Below are positions 45,033 through 55,504 of a DNA stretch of 64,000 bases, one piece after another; positions within the stretch are counted from its first letter, which is position 1, and each line of letters opens with the position of its first letter. Origin of the DNA: Leucoraja ocellata. Taxonomy: Eukaryota. Made by a program: the position numbers and the translations under genes. The notes beneath the pieces were generated by a model that saw only the letters and a list, made by a program, of their open reading frames with translations, made no database searches and was not told where the DNA came from. The stretch lies in assembly GCA_036785375.1 (NCBI GenBank), contig JAWMAR010001184.1, positions 248,001-312,000 on the forward strand. Reading direction: 5' to 3'.

Positions 45033-45154
45033 TTACAAACACACCAAAGAGAGAAGTTATTCTCACATTTCGGATAAACAAGACCTGGGATGAAATGTTT
45101 GAAAACACTTCAAGCGTGCAATATAGAACATATGTTCAACTTTTGATTACAGAG
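45033..45154 (+). CDS. mucin exon: SEA domain, N-terminal part
   Basis: CTCTTGCTGCAG| to GAG|GTTGGT, phase 1 to 0. Encodes VTNTPKREVILTFRINKTWDEMFENTSSVQYRTYVQLLITE, a SEA-like F/W..L.N.SS..Y pattern. Confidence 0.88.
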
Positions 45155-45514
45155 GTTGGTATAGATGTCTTGAAAGATTCTGTATTTAGATTAATCAATA
45201 CTTCAAATACACTTGTATAATACATACTGTATCTTAAAAACTGATTTGTTATTAAATTATCTTTTTAGACTCAAGTGACATTATTCTGTAGCATTGTTTA
45301 GAACAAACCTGTCAGATCTATAGTAAAACATTAACATGTTGAAGATTCTATTCTGAGTGAGAATAAATAACTAAAATAACTATTATCACTGCATTTTATA
45401 CCACAATGTAAATAACTGAAAACTAAGATTTACCTCGTCCCTGTCGTCTTTACCAGCCAGTAAACCTTTTATGCCTGTGTTTAGCAAAAATAGTTGGTCT
45501 TCCTGGTAACCCAA

Positions 45515-45855
45515 AACTAAAATACTGCAGATGCTGAAAAACTGAAATACTGCAGATGCTGAAAAACTGAAATTAAATCAGAAAATGCTGGGAATATTCC
45601 ATGAGTCTGGCAGCAACTGGGGTTTATATTTCAGCTGGCACCAACATCTTAAAGAAGAGTTCAGACCTGAAATGTTGCCTCCTGATTCACTGAGTTCCAC
45701 AGGCAGTTTGTTTTTGATTAAATAAATCACTTTATTTCTCCACTTTCTGTCTCCATCAGTTTTGTTGAATTTCATTTCCAACTCCTCTGATATAAGGTCA
45801 TATAGCAAACTCTCCCACAGATGCTACCAGATCAGCTGAAAATTCCCAACATTTG
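45515..45855. mobile_element. degenerate Penelope-derived short repeat pieces in both orientations, with a 25-bp tandem duplication
   Basis: AAATACTGCAGATGCTGAAAAACTG occurs twice. AAAATGCTGGGAAT...TCTGGCAGCA and an inverted CAGATGCTACCAGA...TTCCCAACATTT belong to the same family as 59755-59945 and 61545-61680. Confidence 0.55.
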
Positions 45856-46167
45856 ATTTCTATCTGTCATCTCAGAAACTGGAATACCCATTAATATGTG
45901 GTGTAGTGAGTCATTCCTGGGTACATTTTGTATATATATATTAATGGCTCAAATTTATCATTTAGATTCCATTCTGTAACTTACTCCCAGGTGTCTGTTA
46001 TTCCACATATAAATCTCCTGAAATACTCAGTAGGTGAACTGTAAATCCCTCCAGGTCTCCAATTAGACTTATTTTGAAATTCAGTCATAGATCATATTCC
46101 TGTATCTGTAATTTAATGAATCAGTCATAGCTTTATTCGAATTAATTTCTTTTTTTGTTTTTTCCAG

Positions 46168-46232
46168 CTGACACCAATATACAAAATGGCCTCACCAGAG
46201 CACTTTTACAAAGTAATTATTACTGAACTCCG
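46168..46232 (+). CDS. mucin exon: SEA domain, middle part
   Basis: Long T tract TTTTCCAG| to CG|GTATGT, phase 0 to 2. Encodes LTPIYKMASPEHFYKVIITELR. Confidence 0.88.
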
Positions 46233-46949
46233 GTATGTTATAATAACAAACTTTTGCAAAAGAAATTCCCTTCAATTCTTCAGCTGATAAAATCCTTAAA
46301 ATTAGCAATTCTTAGTGGTTAACTAAATCCTGAATACTTGCAATTTTCACACAGTTATTTTGCACCGTTAGGAACCCGACTGTAGAGATGTTTATCCAAG
46401 TTCCTGCGTCAGCTGGTGAAGAAAGTTAGTCATTCACTTCACACACCAAAAGCTGCACATTTAATGTACAATGATGTTAATAATCGTTCTGCGGCAATAA
46501 TTTGGGACAATTAGCCTCATTGTTTTGAACTGTTTAGGACAAAATCAGCCAGGCATCCAGATCAGAACCTGCTAACTCCAGGCATTCCTGTGGATTTACC
46601 CACAGTTGGATAAATCCACACTGTGCTTGATGTCCACATGGATAGCACATTTTGTCACGGAAGGAGTCCAAGACTGGTGGCAGCAAAGTGGAAAAAAGGA
46701 GATGTAGACATTCATAGTCTTTTGTGATTCAACTCGTTTCTTAGTACTTTATATGAAATGAAGAGGTTGTAAAATGTAATCATCGTCATGATGTAGAAGA
46801 CATGGCAGCTGATTTGAATTTGGCAAACTACCACAATCCTTTAATATTATTTGTTTTAGCCTGAAATAAATATTTCTTTAAGAAAATTAGTCTGAAACAT
46901 GAGACTGCTGTCACAGAGCCAAAGCTACACAAAGGTCAGTACTGATATA

Positions 46950-47045
46950 TAGACACCAAAAGCTGGAGTAACTCAGCGGGTCATGCAGCATCTCTGGAGA
47001 AAAAGAATAGGTGACGTTTCGGGTCAAGTCCCTTCTTTAGACTGT
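46950..47045 (-). mobile_element. Penelope-derived short element with hammerhead relic
   Basis: AAAGCTGGAGTAACTCAGCGGGTCATGCAGCATCTCTGGAG...GGTGACGTTTCGGGTCAAGTCCCTTCTTTAG. Confidence 0.65.
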
Positions 47046-47503
47046 GAGTCAGGGGAGAAGAAAACAAGAGGTGTAATGTGATGGTCATTCAATCCTCCTG
47101 GCGTACCCTTCCTTTGAAAGGAATGATCTTCCCCACAGAATCTTAGTTTCTTTGATGATCACCCAGTCTTTTATGGCAGAACTCTGCCAACAGTTCCAAA
47201 GGCCAGCGATCTGAAATGTTTACTCTGTTTCTCCCTCAACGGATGTTGCCTGAATTGTTGAGTATCTCCAACATTTCTTGTGCTTGTCCTTGCTGTTGTG
47301 GGCTCTTTTTACACCAAGTGCATGTTATATTGGAATAATGACTCAGGATATTCCTTTTGCTTTCATCTGAGAAATATATGCTTTGAGTTGTCCTTTCATT
47401 GTTGTAGCTTAAGATATGTTCTCTGAGGTGGTTGTTGTGCCTTGCATATCTTATGAAAGTATGGAGATAGCAAAACTTAATCTTGCATTAAATATCTCCA
47501 CAG

Positions 47504-47706
47504 GAAAGGAAGCATTATCATAGAGAGCAAAGGCCTCTACAACTATACCAATAATCAGACAGAAATCAACTATTTAAACCATCATCTAGCCCATACACTG
47601 CTCGTTAATATTAATAATACAGCTACTTTGAAGGACCTCGGAACAAGATTGGGTGGTAACAACATGCAACTCACTGGTATTAATACTCTGGTCTCATCAA
47701 TCAACA
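47504..47706 (+). CDS. mucin exon: SEA C-terminal part with GSIII cleavage motif
   Basis: CTCCACAG| to A|GTAAGT, phase 2 to 1. Encodes (R)KGSIIIESKGLYNYTNNQTEINYLNHHLAHTLLVNINNTATLKDLGTRLGGNNMQLTGINTLVSSIN. Confidence 0.9.
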
Positions 47707-48186
47707 GTAAGTATTGCATTGACAAATGTTTTGCACAATAATTCACTCATTCAATTACTTTTATCATTTCCTTTTCTCTTCTGCTCCTTAAATTCCTGGC
47801 CCAGGTAACGGTTTAAATCAAGAGGTGCCCAGAATCCTCCACAATTCGGCGACAATCTTTGCTATTATCTCTGCCTCTGTACACACAAAGAATGAATACT
47901 CAGGCTATTTTCTGTCCTAGGAACTATCTTTGAGATAAAGGAATATACCATAAGGAACAAAAAACGTCTTGGTTTCAACTGACTAGTGGCCATTTATCTA
48001 TCTAGTCTTTCTATTCTTTCCAGCCAAGGCAGTGGTCTGCTCCATGGTTTCTGACCTAATTTGGATCCCTTGGTAATGTGTTGGAACATGACTGTTTATG
48101 ACCTGGGGGAACTAGGTGTATTAAGTATTCAGACTGTCCATACATCTGACACCTTCATTTTACTTTTCCCCATTAATTTTGTTTAG

Positions 48187-48349
48187 ATATCACAGACTTG
48201 AATATGACATGTGAGATCCAATTTAATGATTACAACGTCAACTGCACCAATGGGCAATATTGTGTATGTGATGGACCCTGCAAAGATATGTTTGACATCT
48301 GTCACTGGCATGGGAATTGCTTTAATAAAGTTAATGGCTCCATTTGCAA
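48187..48349 (+). CDS. mucin exon: Cys-rich/EGF-like domain 2
   Basis: TTTTGTTTAG| to AA|GTAAGT, phase 1 to 2. Encodes NITDLNMTCEIQFNDYNVNCTNGQYCVCDGPCKDMFDICHWHGNCFNKVNGSIC. Confidence 0.9.
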
Positions 48350-48739
48350 GTAAGTAACATTTGTATATTGCTTTGCTCTGCTGTCCTGAAGGGCATGACT
48401 CTTTCTCAGGTACATTTCGACTGGTACTGTGAACTCCACAGCATCCGACGGAAATCACCATTTTTCATGAAGCTCTAAAGCTAATGGTGGCCTCGGACAT
48501 GCAGCCAGATGCTGTATCAACACACACCCACATTCCAGCGTGGGTCATTAGAGAGTGAACAGAACTCAGATTCCAGGCATATGAGAAATTTTCCATTTTA
48601 ATGGCTCCCTTAGAAGAACATAATAAGAGCATAAGAAATAGAAGCAGGAGTAAACCATTCGGTCCTTCAATACTATTTTTCTGTCCCATCAACATATCAT
48701 GAAAATAACAGCTAATAGTCGAGAAGGTAACATTAGTCT

Positions 48740-49050
48740 GCACAGCCAGTTTGCTGGCTAACAGGAAACAGAGTATAGACATGAATGGATCTCCTTCTGG
48801 TTGTCAAGATGTAACAAGTGGCTATGCTGGCTCGAAGGTCCTACTCCTGCACCTATTTTCTATGTAAGTGATGTGCCACAGATATCAGTGCTGGGGCCTC
48901 ATCATTGTACAATTTATAGAAATACTTTGGATGAAAGTAGGGAAGATGTGGTTACTAAATTTACAAAGACACATTAGAAAGCAAGCTGTGAAGATGATGT
49001 ATGGAAGCTACAAAGGGATGTACACAGGATAAGTGAGTGAGCAACGATAT
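48740..49050 (+). mobile_element. old CR1 RT fragment with a nested ~45-bp CR1 3'-tail insertion
   Basis: RT-like ...GATGTAACAAGTG[insert]ATGTGCCACAGATATCAGTGCTGGGGCC (VPQ.SVLGP). The insert ...CCTACTCCTGCACCTATTTTCTATGT is flanked by AAGTG direct repeats. Confidence 0.55.
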
Positions 49051-49443
49051 ATACACTAAAAATGCTGCACTCCTCACAACAGCACTGGAATGCCAGATCG
49101 GATTATGTGTTTACGTTTCTAGTAATTATTAAAACATAACTCTCAATTGCAGAAATACTTCCATTAAACATACCTCTACCTTGTGCAATGAGGTTTGTTC
49201 ACCCTAACCAACCAACTACCCTGAGTTTAGCTAAGCAACTGTTTTTTTTAAATGATAGGCATTTCTTGTACATATATCTCAGACACCAGATGTGGCCCTA
49301 ATCTCTTGACCCTGGCGACTTTTTATTCATTTACTCATTTGTTGGGTTTGGATGTGTCTGGTAGGTTATTAAGAAAGTGTTTTATTCATTTAATGTCTTA
49401 TCTACAATTGGTCACTTCATCGTTTTTTTATTTCTTTTGGAAG

Positions 49444-49605
49444 ATGTTATCAGAACACATTTTACCAATATACCGGGAAAAACTGTGATATATTCGTAAG
49501 GAACTCAGGATTCTATGGTGTGCTGTTTGGCGTGTTGGCAGGTGCTCTGCTCCTTCTAATAGTCATCATCATTGTCATTATATACTGGCGGAGAAAGAAA
49601 TACAG
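49444..49605 (+). CDS. mucin exon: end of EGF2, transmembrane helix, basic stop-transfer
   Basis: TTCTTTTGGAAG| to AG|GTATGT, phase 2 to 2. Encodes KCYQNTFYQYTGKNCDIFVRNSGFYGVLFGVLAGALLLLIVIIIVIIYWRRKKYR. Confidence 0.92.
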
Positions 49606-49769
49606 GTATGTATTAAGCTAATGATTTCTTGTGTTGAACTTCCCTGTGAATGAAATGAGAACTTTCAATTCAAGCGGTTTGGAAAACGTTCTACTTTAAT
49701 TATCCATTAAACTTTCACAATTTGCTATTAAGTTGGAAAGGGTGCAAAATAAATTCATCAGGATGTTGC

Positions 49770-50830
49770 CTGCTCTTGTGGGCTTGAGTTATAATGAGAC
49801 CCTGGATCAGCTGAGACTTTTTTCTTTGTAGCACAGGAGGAGGAGAGGTAAACTTATTGAGTGACATAAGTTCATTAAGGACATGGATAATGTGAATGTT
49901 TGCAGTCTTTTCCCCAGGATAGAGGATTCTAAAATTAGAGGGCATAGACTTGCAGTGAGAGGAGAGCGATTTAAGAGCAACTTCAAAGGTATTTTTTTCA
50001 CTCAGAAGTTAGTCTGTATTTGGAATTTCTGTCATTGCAAAGGGCAATGGACATGACCATAGGAGGTCTACAGGCTGTGTCTTATGCTCAATTATTGCAG
50101 TTGCTTCATGAATGACTTCTATCATTAAGCTGGCTGCTGTGCTCTTCGGTGAAGATTGATTGACTTTTAGCTCCATTCATAGCTCTCTCGTATATTTCAG
50201 CAATTTGTGCAAAGCTTATAGCAAGACCTGGACAGGCTTGGGCAAGTAACATTTACAATTGCCAGTCAGTCTTCACCTCCAACAAACTTCTTCTGGCTTA
50301 TAATGGCTTCACCATCATCAAACTCCAGCACGGAAATCATTAGGAATTCCAATGGTCCACAATCAAATTAGTGGCCAAATAGGCAGTGAGCAACTTGTTT
50401 CTTGACTTCCTAAATCCTTTCCCACATGCATAAACATGTTGTGGAATGCCCATTACTTGAATGATTTCAACCTCCACAACATTCAAAATGGTTGAAGACA
50501 TCCATTTGATCTGCATTCCATCTATATCTTAAAGATCCACTACCTCTGTCGCTGCAGTGAGTACTGTCTTCAGAAGGTTAGGCAGTGGTTTACAAAGTTT
50601 ACTAAGGTTCCTGCAGAATCACCATCATCACCAAGCAGGACATGAGCAACAGCACAAAGGAACATCATGACCATGTTCTCTTCAAATCACATTATTTCTT
50701 TATCATCAATCTTGGAATTCCTCCCCAAATGTATTAGAGGTATCTTTACCAGATGGGCTACAGCAGTCCGAGGAGACATTGGCTCACACCTTTTCAAGGG
50801 CAATGAAGAGTAGACTATAAAATACTGGCT
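49770..50830 (+). mobile_element. degenerate CR1-type LINE fragments
   Basis: ...AGAGGGCATAGACTTGCAGTGAGAGGAGAGCGATTTAA... resembles the CR1 ORF2 end at 56090-56180. An older LINE-like stretch follows. Confidence 0.5.
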
Positions 50831-50897
50831 TTGCCACTCCCTAAAAATGAACAAAATCAATTAATCAAAAAATCTGGTCTTCCCCTTTTCCTCTCAG

Positions 50898-50968
50898 ACA
50901 TTCAGATCCCGGCACTCCACAGAAGTGGTACTCGATTGATGAAGAATATTTCAGGTTTCCACATACAG
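50898..50968 (+). CDS. mucin cytoplasmic-tail exon 1
   Basis: CTTTTCCTCTCAG| to G|GTAATT, phase 2 to 1. Encodes HSDPGTPQKWYSIDEEYFRFPHT. Confidence 0.82.
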
Positions 50969-51477
50969 GTAATTGAATACACCCTTGGATATGCAATATA
51001 ACCCACAACGTTTACCTTTCATACAAGTATTTTGATAGCATGTGACATATAAAATAATTGTATAGGTTGTCAGTTTAGACTTTTTGCCTAAATGCCCATC
51101 CTCTTTTTTAGAATGTGTCATTATCTTAGCAATGTTTAGCTACAGTTTTTAACAAGGTGCTCAGGTTGATTCAAATGTTTGGTTAGCTGGCATATTAAGT
51201 TAAAAGTCGTAGGTGTCTTCTCAGGTAAAACAAATTTGGATTCCATCCAAGTCTGATCAGAAATTAGGACCTCTGTGCAGTAGATGGAGCTCAATGGGAT
51301 ATATGGAGAAATGTTCTTAACCCAAAGTGTGTGACCTTCTCGAGTGAGCAAGCAGGCAAAGATTACAACGGCATCTGTGTGCATTTAAAATATTTAGGTA
51401 ATTTAGTTGGAGTTTCCACAACCATAAAAATAAAATATATATTTTGCATGCCAACTTCCCTGCCATTTCGCTGCCAG

Positions 51478-51522
51478 GAATCCAGGACAATCCTCAGTAT
51501 CGACTCAGTGCTGTAAAAGGAG
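51478..51522 (+). CDS. possible optional 45-nt cytoplasmic exon (GIQDNPQYRLSAVKG)
   Basis: CCATTTCGCTGCCAG| to GAG|GTGACA, phase 1 to 1, in frame between its neighbours. The donor is modest and the exon is not required for the frame. Confidence 0.45.
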
Positions 51523-52017
51523 GTGACAACGATGGCAGCAATCATTTATTGACAATACTGGAAGAGGGATCCAATTGGCATTTCATTGTGTGTGGGAAAG
51601 TGAGGCTATCATTCAAAGAGTGGACACACCTATGCTTTATATCAGGAACAACAAACAATTTGCTTGAGGAACTCAGCAGGTCGAGTAGCATCTGTAGATG
51701 TCAAGGAATAGTCAGCGATTTGGGTCAAAACCCTGTATTAGGATTCTCTGGCAAATTGTTTGTTGCTTCAGATTCCATCAAACACTTTATATCGCCAGTG
51801 CTGCTTGCAACAAAAAAAATTGTATTATTATTTCAGTTAGTATAGATGGTATTTTAGGAGGACCAATGTACCCTGGTCATAGCATATCAACACATATTTC
51901 TCTCACATACAAAAACTGCAACTCACTGAACTTGTCTCAAAATTTAGAGATTCTGCAGAAGCCATTATTGTGTCAAATGTTATTCCCCTCCCATCTCACC
52001 CCTCCCCAATCCTCCAG

Positions 52018-52169
52018 ATCTGACTACAGAGTCACTAGCGCCAAATACTGGCAAAACACTGGGGAGGAGAAAAGGAAGATACAACCTGGAAAATAATCCT
52101 TCATTCAATGACGATTTCGGTTCTGGTGTCTGGAGACCAAACTTAGACAAAGTAGATACAGAGGCTGAG
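52018..52169 (+). CDS. mucin cytoplasmic-tail exon 2
   Basis: C-rich tract CCTCCAG| to GAG|GTAAAT, phase 1 to 0. Encodes DLTTESLAPNTGKTLGRRKGRYNLENNPSFNDDFGSGVWRPNLDKVDTEAE; P.L..VD resembles MUC3/17 tails. Confidence 0.85.
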
Positions 52170-52275
52170 GTAAATTGAATGTTGCGTGCAATGTCATCGT
52201 GATCTTATAATCTATTGAGGAAAAATGGTTTATTATTGCCTTTAATAATGTGGCGATTTGTTTTCTCCCTGCCAG

Positions 52276-52320
52276 ATACGAGCCAAGCGTCCCGAAGTGG
52301 TTATGCCGGTTGATCAGTGA
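52276..52320 (+). CDS. mucin last coding exon (IRAKRPEVVMPVDQ*)
   Basis: TTTTCTCCCTGCCAG| phase 0, TGA at 52318-52320. Resembles the MUC17 terminal IRIQRPQV segment. The exon lengths sum to whole codons (45,194 nt plus 1 nt from the upstream exon). Confidence 0.87.
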   Translation: MRAKRPEVVMPVDQ

Positions 52321-52639
52321 CAATTGATGCCAATGTTAGATCGTCACAGCCCACAGTAGTTTAGACAACTTTGTTCAACATGTATTAACTAAAGGGCATT
52401 TAAGCTTCCCAAAACAAAGTTAAAACTATATTTTCAAAATACTTTGTTTGTTGCATGAATATTTCTGAGAAATAAGAAAAATTCATACTGCTCAGTAACT
52501 CAGTTTAACAGTTTTTTTTTTTTACAGTTTTGTTGTTCCAGAAAGCTCAGTAATGATTTGATTGATATCAGTGTCCTATTATTTTCATGTTACAAGGTTT
52601 TCTGAGTTCTCAGTAAGACAAATAAGCATTGATTCAATG

Positions 52640-53480
52640 CGTCTATGAAGCGGCCTCTGCAGCCTGTCCGCGTTTTTATTATTTTTTGTCTATGTTTATA
52701 TGTAGTTTTTATTATTTTTTGTTGTGGTGTGTGTGTGGGGGGGTGGGGGTGGGGTGGGAGGGAGGGGGAAACTTTTAAATCTCTCCCTGCACTGGAGACC
52801 CGACCTTTTCTTGTCGGGTCTCAGTTGTCGTTGGGGCTGCAATGAGGAGCGGCCTCCAACAGAAGAAGCCGGGGACTCTGGTGCCGACTCACCTCACCGT
52901 CGCGGGACTGGCCGAGTCCAGAGCGGATGGAGCGGTGGTGGAGCGCTGCTGCTGCTGCTGCTGCTGCTGCTGATGCGGAGGCTACAACTGCGGGTCTGCG
53001 GACGGCGGCACCGGGAGCCCGCGGGTCCCTGGAGGGAGACCGCTTTTCAGGGCTCCTGCAATGGCGACTTCTCCCGCCCGAGTTGCGGGGTCGAAGAGCT
53101 CCTGGAGCGGGGCCTAACATCACTGCCTCGCGCGGCTTGGAATGGCCGCGGGACTCTGCGAGCGCACGCCGGGGGCTCTAACACCAAGACCCGGTGTGCG
53201 ACCTCGCACCACCCGGCGTGGCTTTAATGGCCGCGGGACGATCGCCATTGCCAGCCGGGGGCTTTGACTTTGACTCTGACATCGGGGGGGGGGGGAGAGT
53301 GCAGTGGAGAGATAAGTTTTTTTTGGCCTTCCATCACAGCAATGTGATGGATGTTTATGTAAAATGTAAATTATGTTGTGTCTGGGGTCTATTTGTTTGT
53401 AATGTATGGCTGCAGAAACGGCATTTCGTTTGGACCTCCAGGGGTCCAAATGACAATTAAATTGACTATTGACTATTGAA
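52640..53480 (+). mobile_element. GC/CpG-rich non-coding interspersed element with a Rex1/Babar-like 3' end, in the mucin 3' region
   Basis: Sharp GC island in AT-rich DNA. It ends ATTTCG-TTTGGACC(6 nt)GGTCCAAA-TGACAATTAAA-(TTGACTA)2. It has an internal (GCT)9 at 52945-52971 and several G-runs. Confidence 0.6.
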
Positions 53481-53992
53481 TCTTCAAAACAAGAGGGAGA
53501 ACGGAACAAGAGTGTTGTTGCATTTGCTCTTCACAATAATAACAAGCCTTGGATGTTGGCTTCATTAATGTTTGAATACAGTAATCTGGTCTATTTTGGG
53601 AATATAGGACAAAAAAAATGACGGAAAATCATTTTACTTCAGTTCTCGAACAAAAAGAATGAATACCTGGGTGGGGCACGAGGGTATATACATGGAACTT
53701 AAGCCAAATCACGGATATAACCTTTAAGAGAGGAAAGATTATATTATAAATTACAATAAGACAGTGGGTTAATTGAAAACCTTGATTTAACATTCACATT
53801 TTTAGTCTGTTTAATTTTTGTAATAAACTTTTCAAATATTTTTTGTCAGAAAGCGTTAAGGAAAGTACATCTCTTGACTATTGTCGACTGTGATGTAGTT
53901 TAACTTTACAATAATTGTCCTGTTTATTTAATACCAAACTATTTTACTGACTCATTTACTTATTCTAAATTGAATATGACTGTTTACAGATA

Positions 53993-53998
53993 AATAAA
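53993..53998 (+). terminator. candidate polyadenylation signal of the mucin gene (alternative AATAAA at 53822-53827)
   Basis: AATAAA followed by GT/T-rich sequence, about 1.7 kb after the stop codon. Confidence 0.45.
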
Positions 53999-54274
53999 GA
54001 ATTGTTGTATATGAATTGAATCTGCTTCGTGTGTCCACAAGTATATTGGCTGAATGTTCTCACTTTTAGTGGTAGAAAGTGCTGGGGAATGGTTTATAAA
54101 TAAGGACATTATCTTGACAACTATGACTTTTGAAATGCAAGGGATGAAAGCGAGAAGATAATCATTTGATATCAGTATTTTGGATCAAAGGGAGTTATTG
54201 ATCTGCCAAACTTCCCATTTCTCCAGGAGGCAGTTGATGGAATTCCAAGATGACTTGCAAGTGAGAGACAACAT

Positions 54275-54445
54275 TTGTAGGAAAGAACTGCAGATGCTGG
54301 TTTAAACCACAGATAGACACAAAAAGATAGAATAATTTAGCAGGTCAGACAGCATCTCCGGAGAAAAGGAATAGACAACGTTTGTGTCGAGACCCTTCTT
54401 CTGAATTGTCAGTTCTTCTGACCCTTCTTCTGAATTGTCAGTTTT
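54275..54445 (-). mobile_element. Penelope-derived short element with local duplication
   Basis: GTAGGAAAGAACTGCAGATGCTGGTTTAAACC...CAGCATCTCCGGAG...GTCGAGACCCTTCTTC. The segment ACCCTTCTTCTGAATTGTCAGTT is duplicated. Confidence 0.6.
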
Positions 54446-54929
54446 GGCATAAATTGGTTTAGGATCAATGTGCATGAGGCAATGAGCACCATGTACACCA
54501 TAGAGAAATTAACAAATTACACGTTTTAAATGCAGATGTATCTTACTTAAGGAGTTTTTTTTTTTTAAACTTCAAAACAAGCACAGATCCTAAGAGCAAG
54601 AAGTTTTTCTAGCTTCCTACATTAATATAGCATATGTCATTTTTTCTGGCCCAGAGTATTTCACAGCCAGTATTGCATTGCAGGCAAAACCAGAACTTTA
54701 TCCACATGGCCGTCCGAAGCGACTGTACCTCCCTTTTTCCCCTCAGAGTAAGGGGGAAATTTTTTTTTTTTTTAATTCAGCGTTTCCACTTTGGAAACGG
54801 CCAGTTCTCCCGTCGCCGGGCGGGAGTGACTGAATCTGAACCCAGCGGCTGTAACCCCAACGGCAGCCGCCACTACGGTGGGGCCCGCTCCCCTCGCCTT
54901 CCCCCGCCGCCGGGGCCCAAGCCATCTCC

Positions 54930-55428
54930 CGCCCACACCACCCACGCTGACCCCCACTGGGCCCACGCCACCCCCGCTGGGCCCACGCCACCCCCACTGG
55001 GCCCACGCCACCCCCGCTGGGCCCACGCCATCCCCACTGGGCCCACGCCACCCCCGCTGGGCCCATGTCACCCCCACTGACCCTCGCTGGACCCACGCCA
55101 TCCCCACTGGGCCCATGTCACCCCTGCTGGGCCCCACTAGGCCCACACCACCCCCACTGACCCCCACTGGGCCCACACCACCCCTGCTGACCCCCACTGG
55201 GCCCACACCACCCCTGCTGACCCCCGCCACCCCTGCTGGGCCCACACCACCCCCACTGACCCCCACTGGGCCCACGCCACCCCCGCTGGGCCCACACCAC
55301 CCCTGCTGACCCCCGCTGGACCCACACCACCCCCACTGGGCCCACGCCACCCCCACTGAGCCCACACCACCCCCACTGGGCCCACACCACCCCCACTGGG
55401 CCCACGCCTCCCCCACCACCCCCACTGG
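54930..55428. repeat. C-rich minisatellite, 20-bp unit GGGCCCACRCCACCCCCRCT with 10-bp GACCCCCRCT inserts
   Basis: About 20 directly visible copies. Explains the low-complexity ORFs at 54634-55609. Confidence 0.92.
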
Positions 55429-55504
55429 AAGGAGATTGATAGATTCTTGATTGATACGGAGGTAATAGGGAGAAGGCAGGAGAATGGGTTTGAGAGGGAA
55501 AGAT

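Noticed and set aside
46168-46212. Alternative reading as a phase-1 exon (ADTNIQNGLTRALLQ)
   Set aside because: The phase-0 reading to 46232 completes a coherent SEA domain with both neighbours.
51444-52096. ORFs of 133 and 132 aa as independent genes
   Set aside because: They are intronic or out-of-frame overlaps with mucin tail exons and show no recognisable domain.
52528-52605. Alternative last exon after the T-tract ACAG acceptor
   Set aside because: The phase-0 product FCCSRKL...KVF shows no family resemblance, whereas 52276 gives the conserved RP.V motif.
52645-53509. GC-rich ORFs with poly-Ala or poly-Leu
   Set aside because: By-products of the GC-rich repeat and its (GCT)9 tract.
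54782-54798. GTTTCC-N5-GGAAAC as an RFX X-box
   Set aside because: The spacer exceeds the 0-3 nt consensus and it lies far from the candidate ODAD1 start; kept only as a hairpin.
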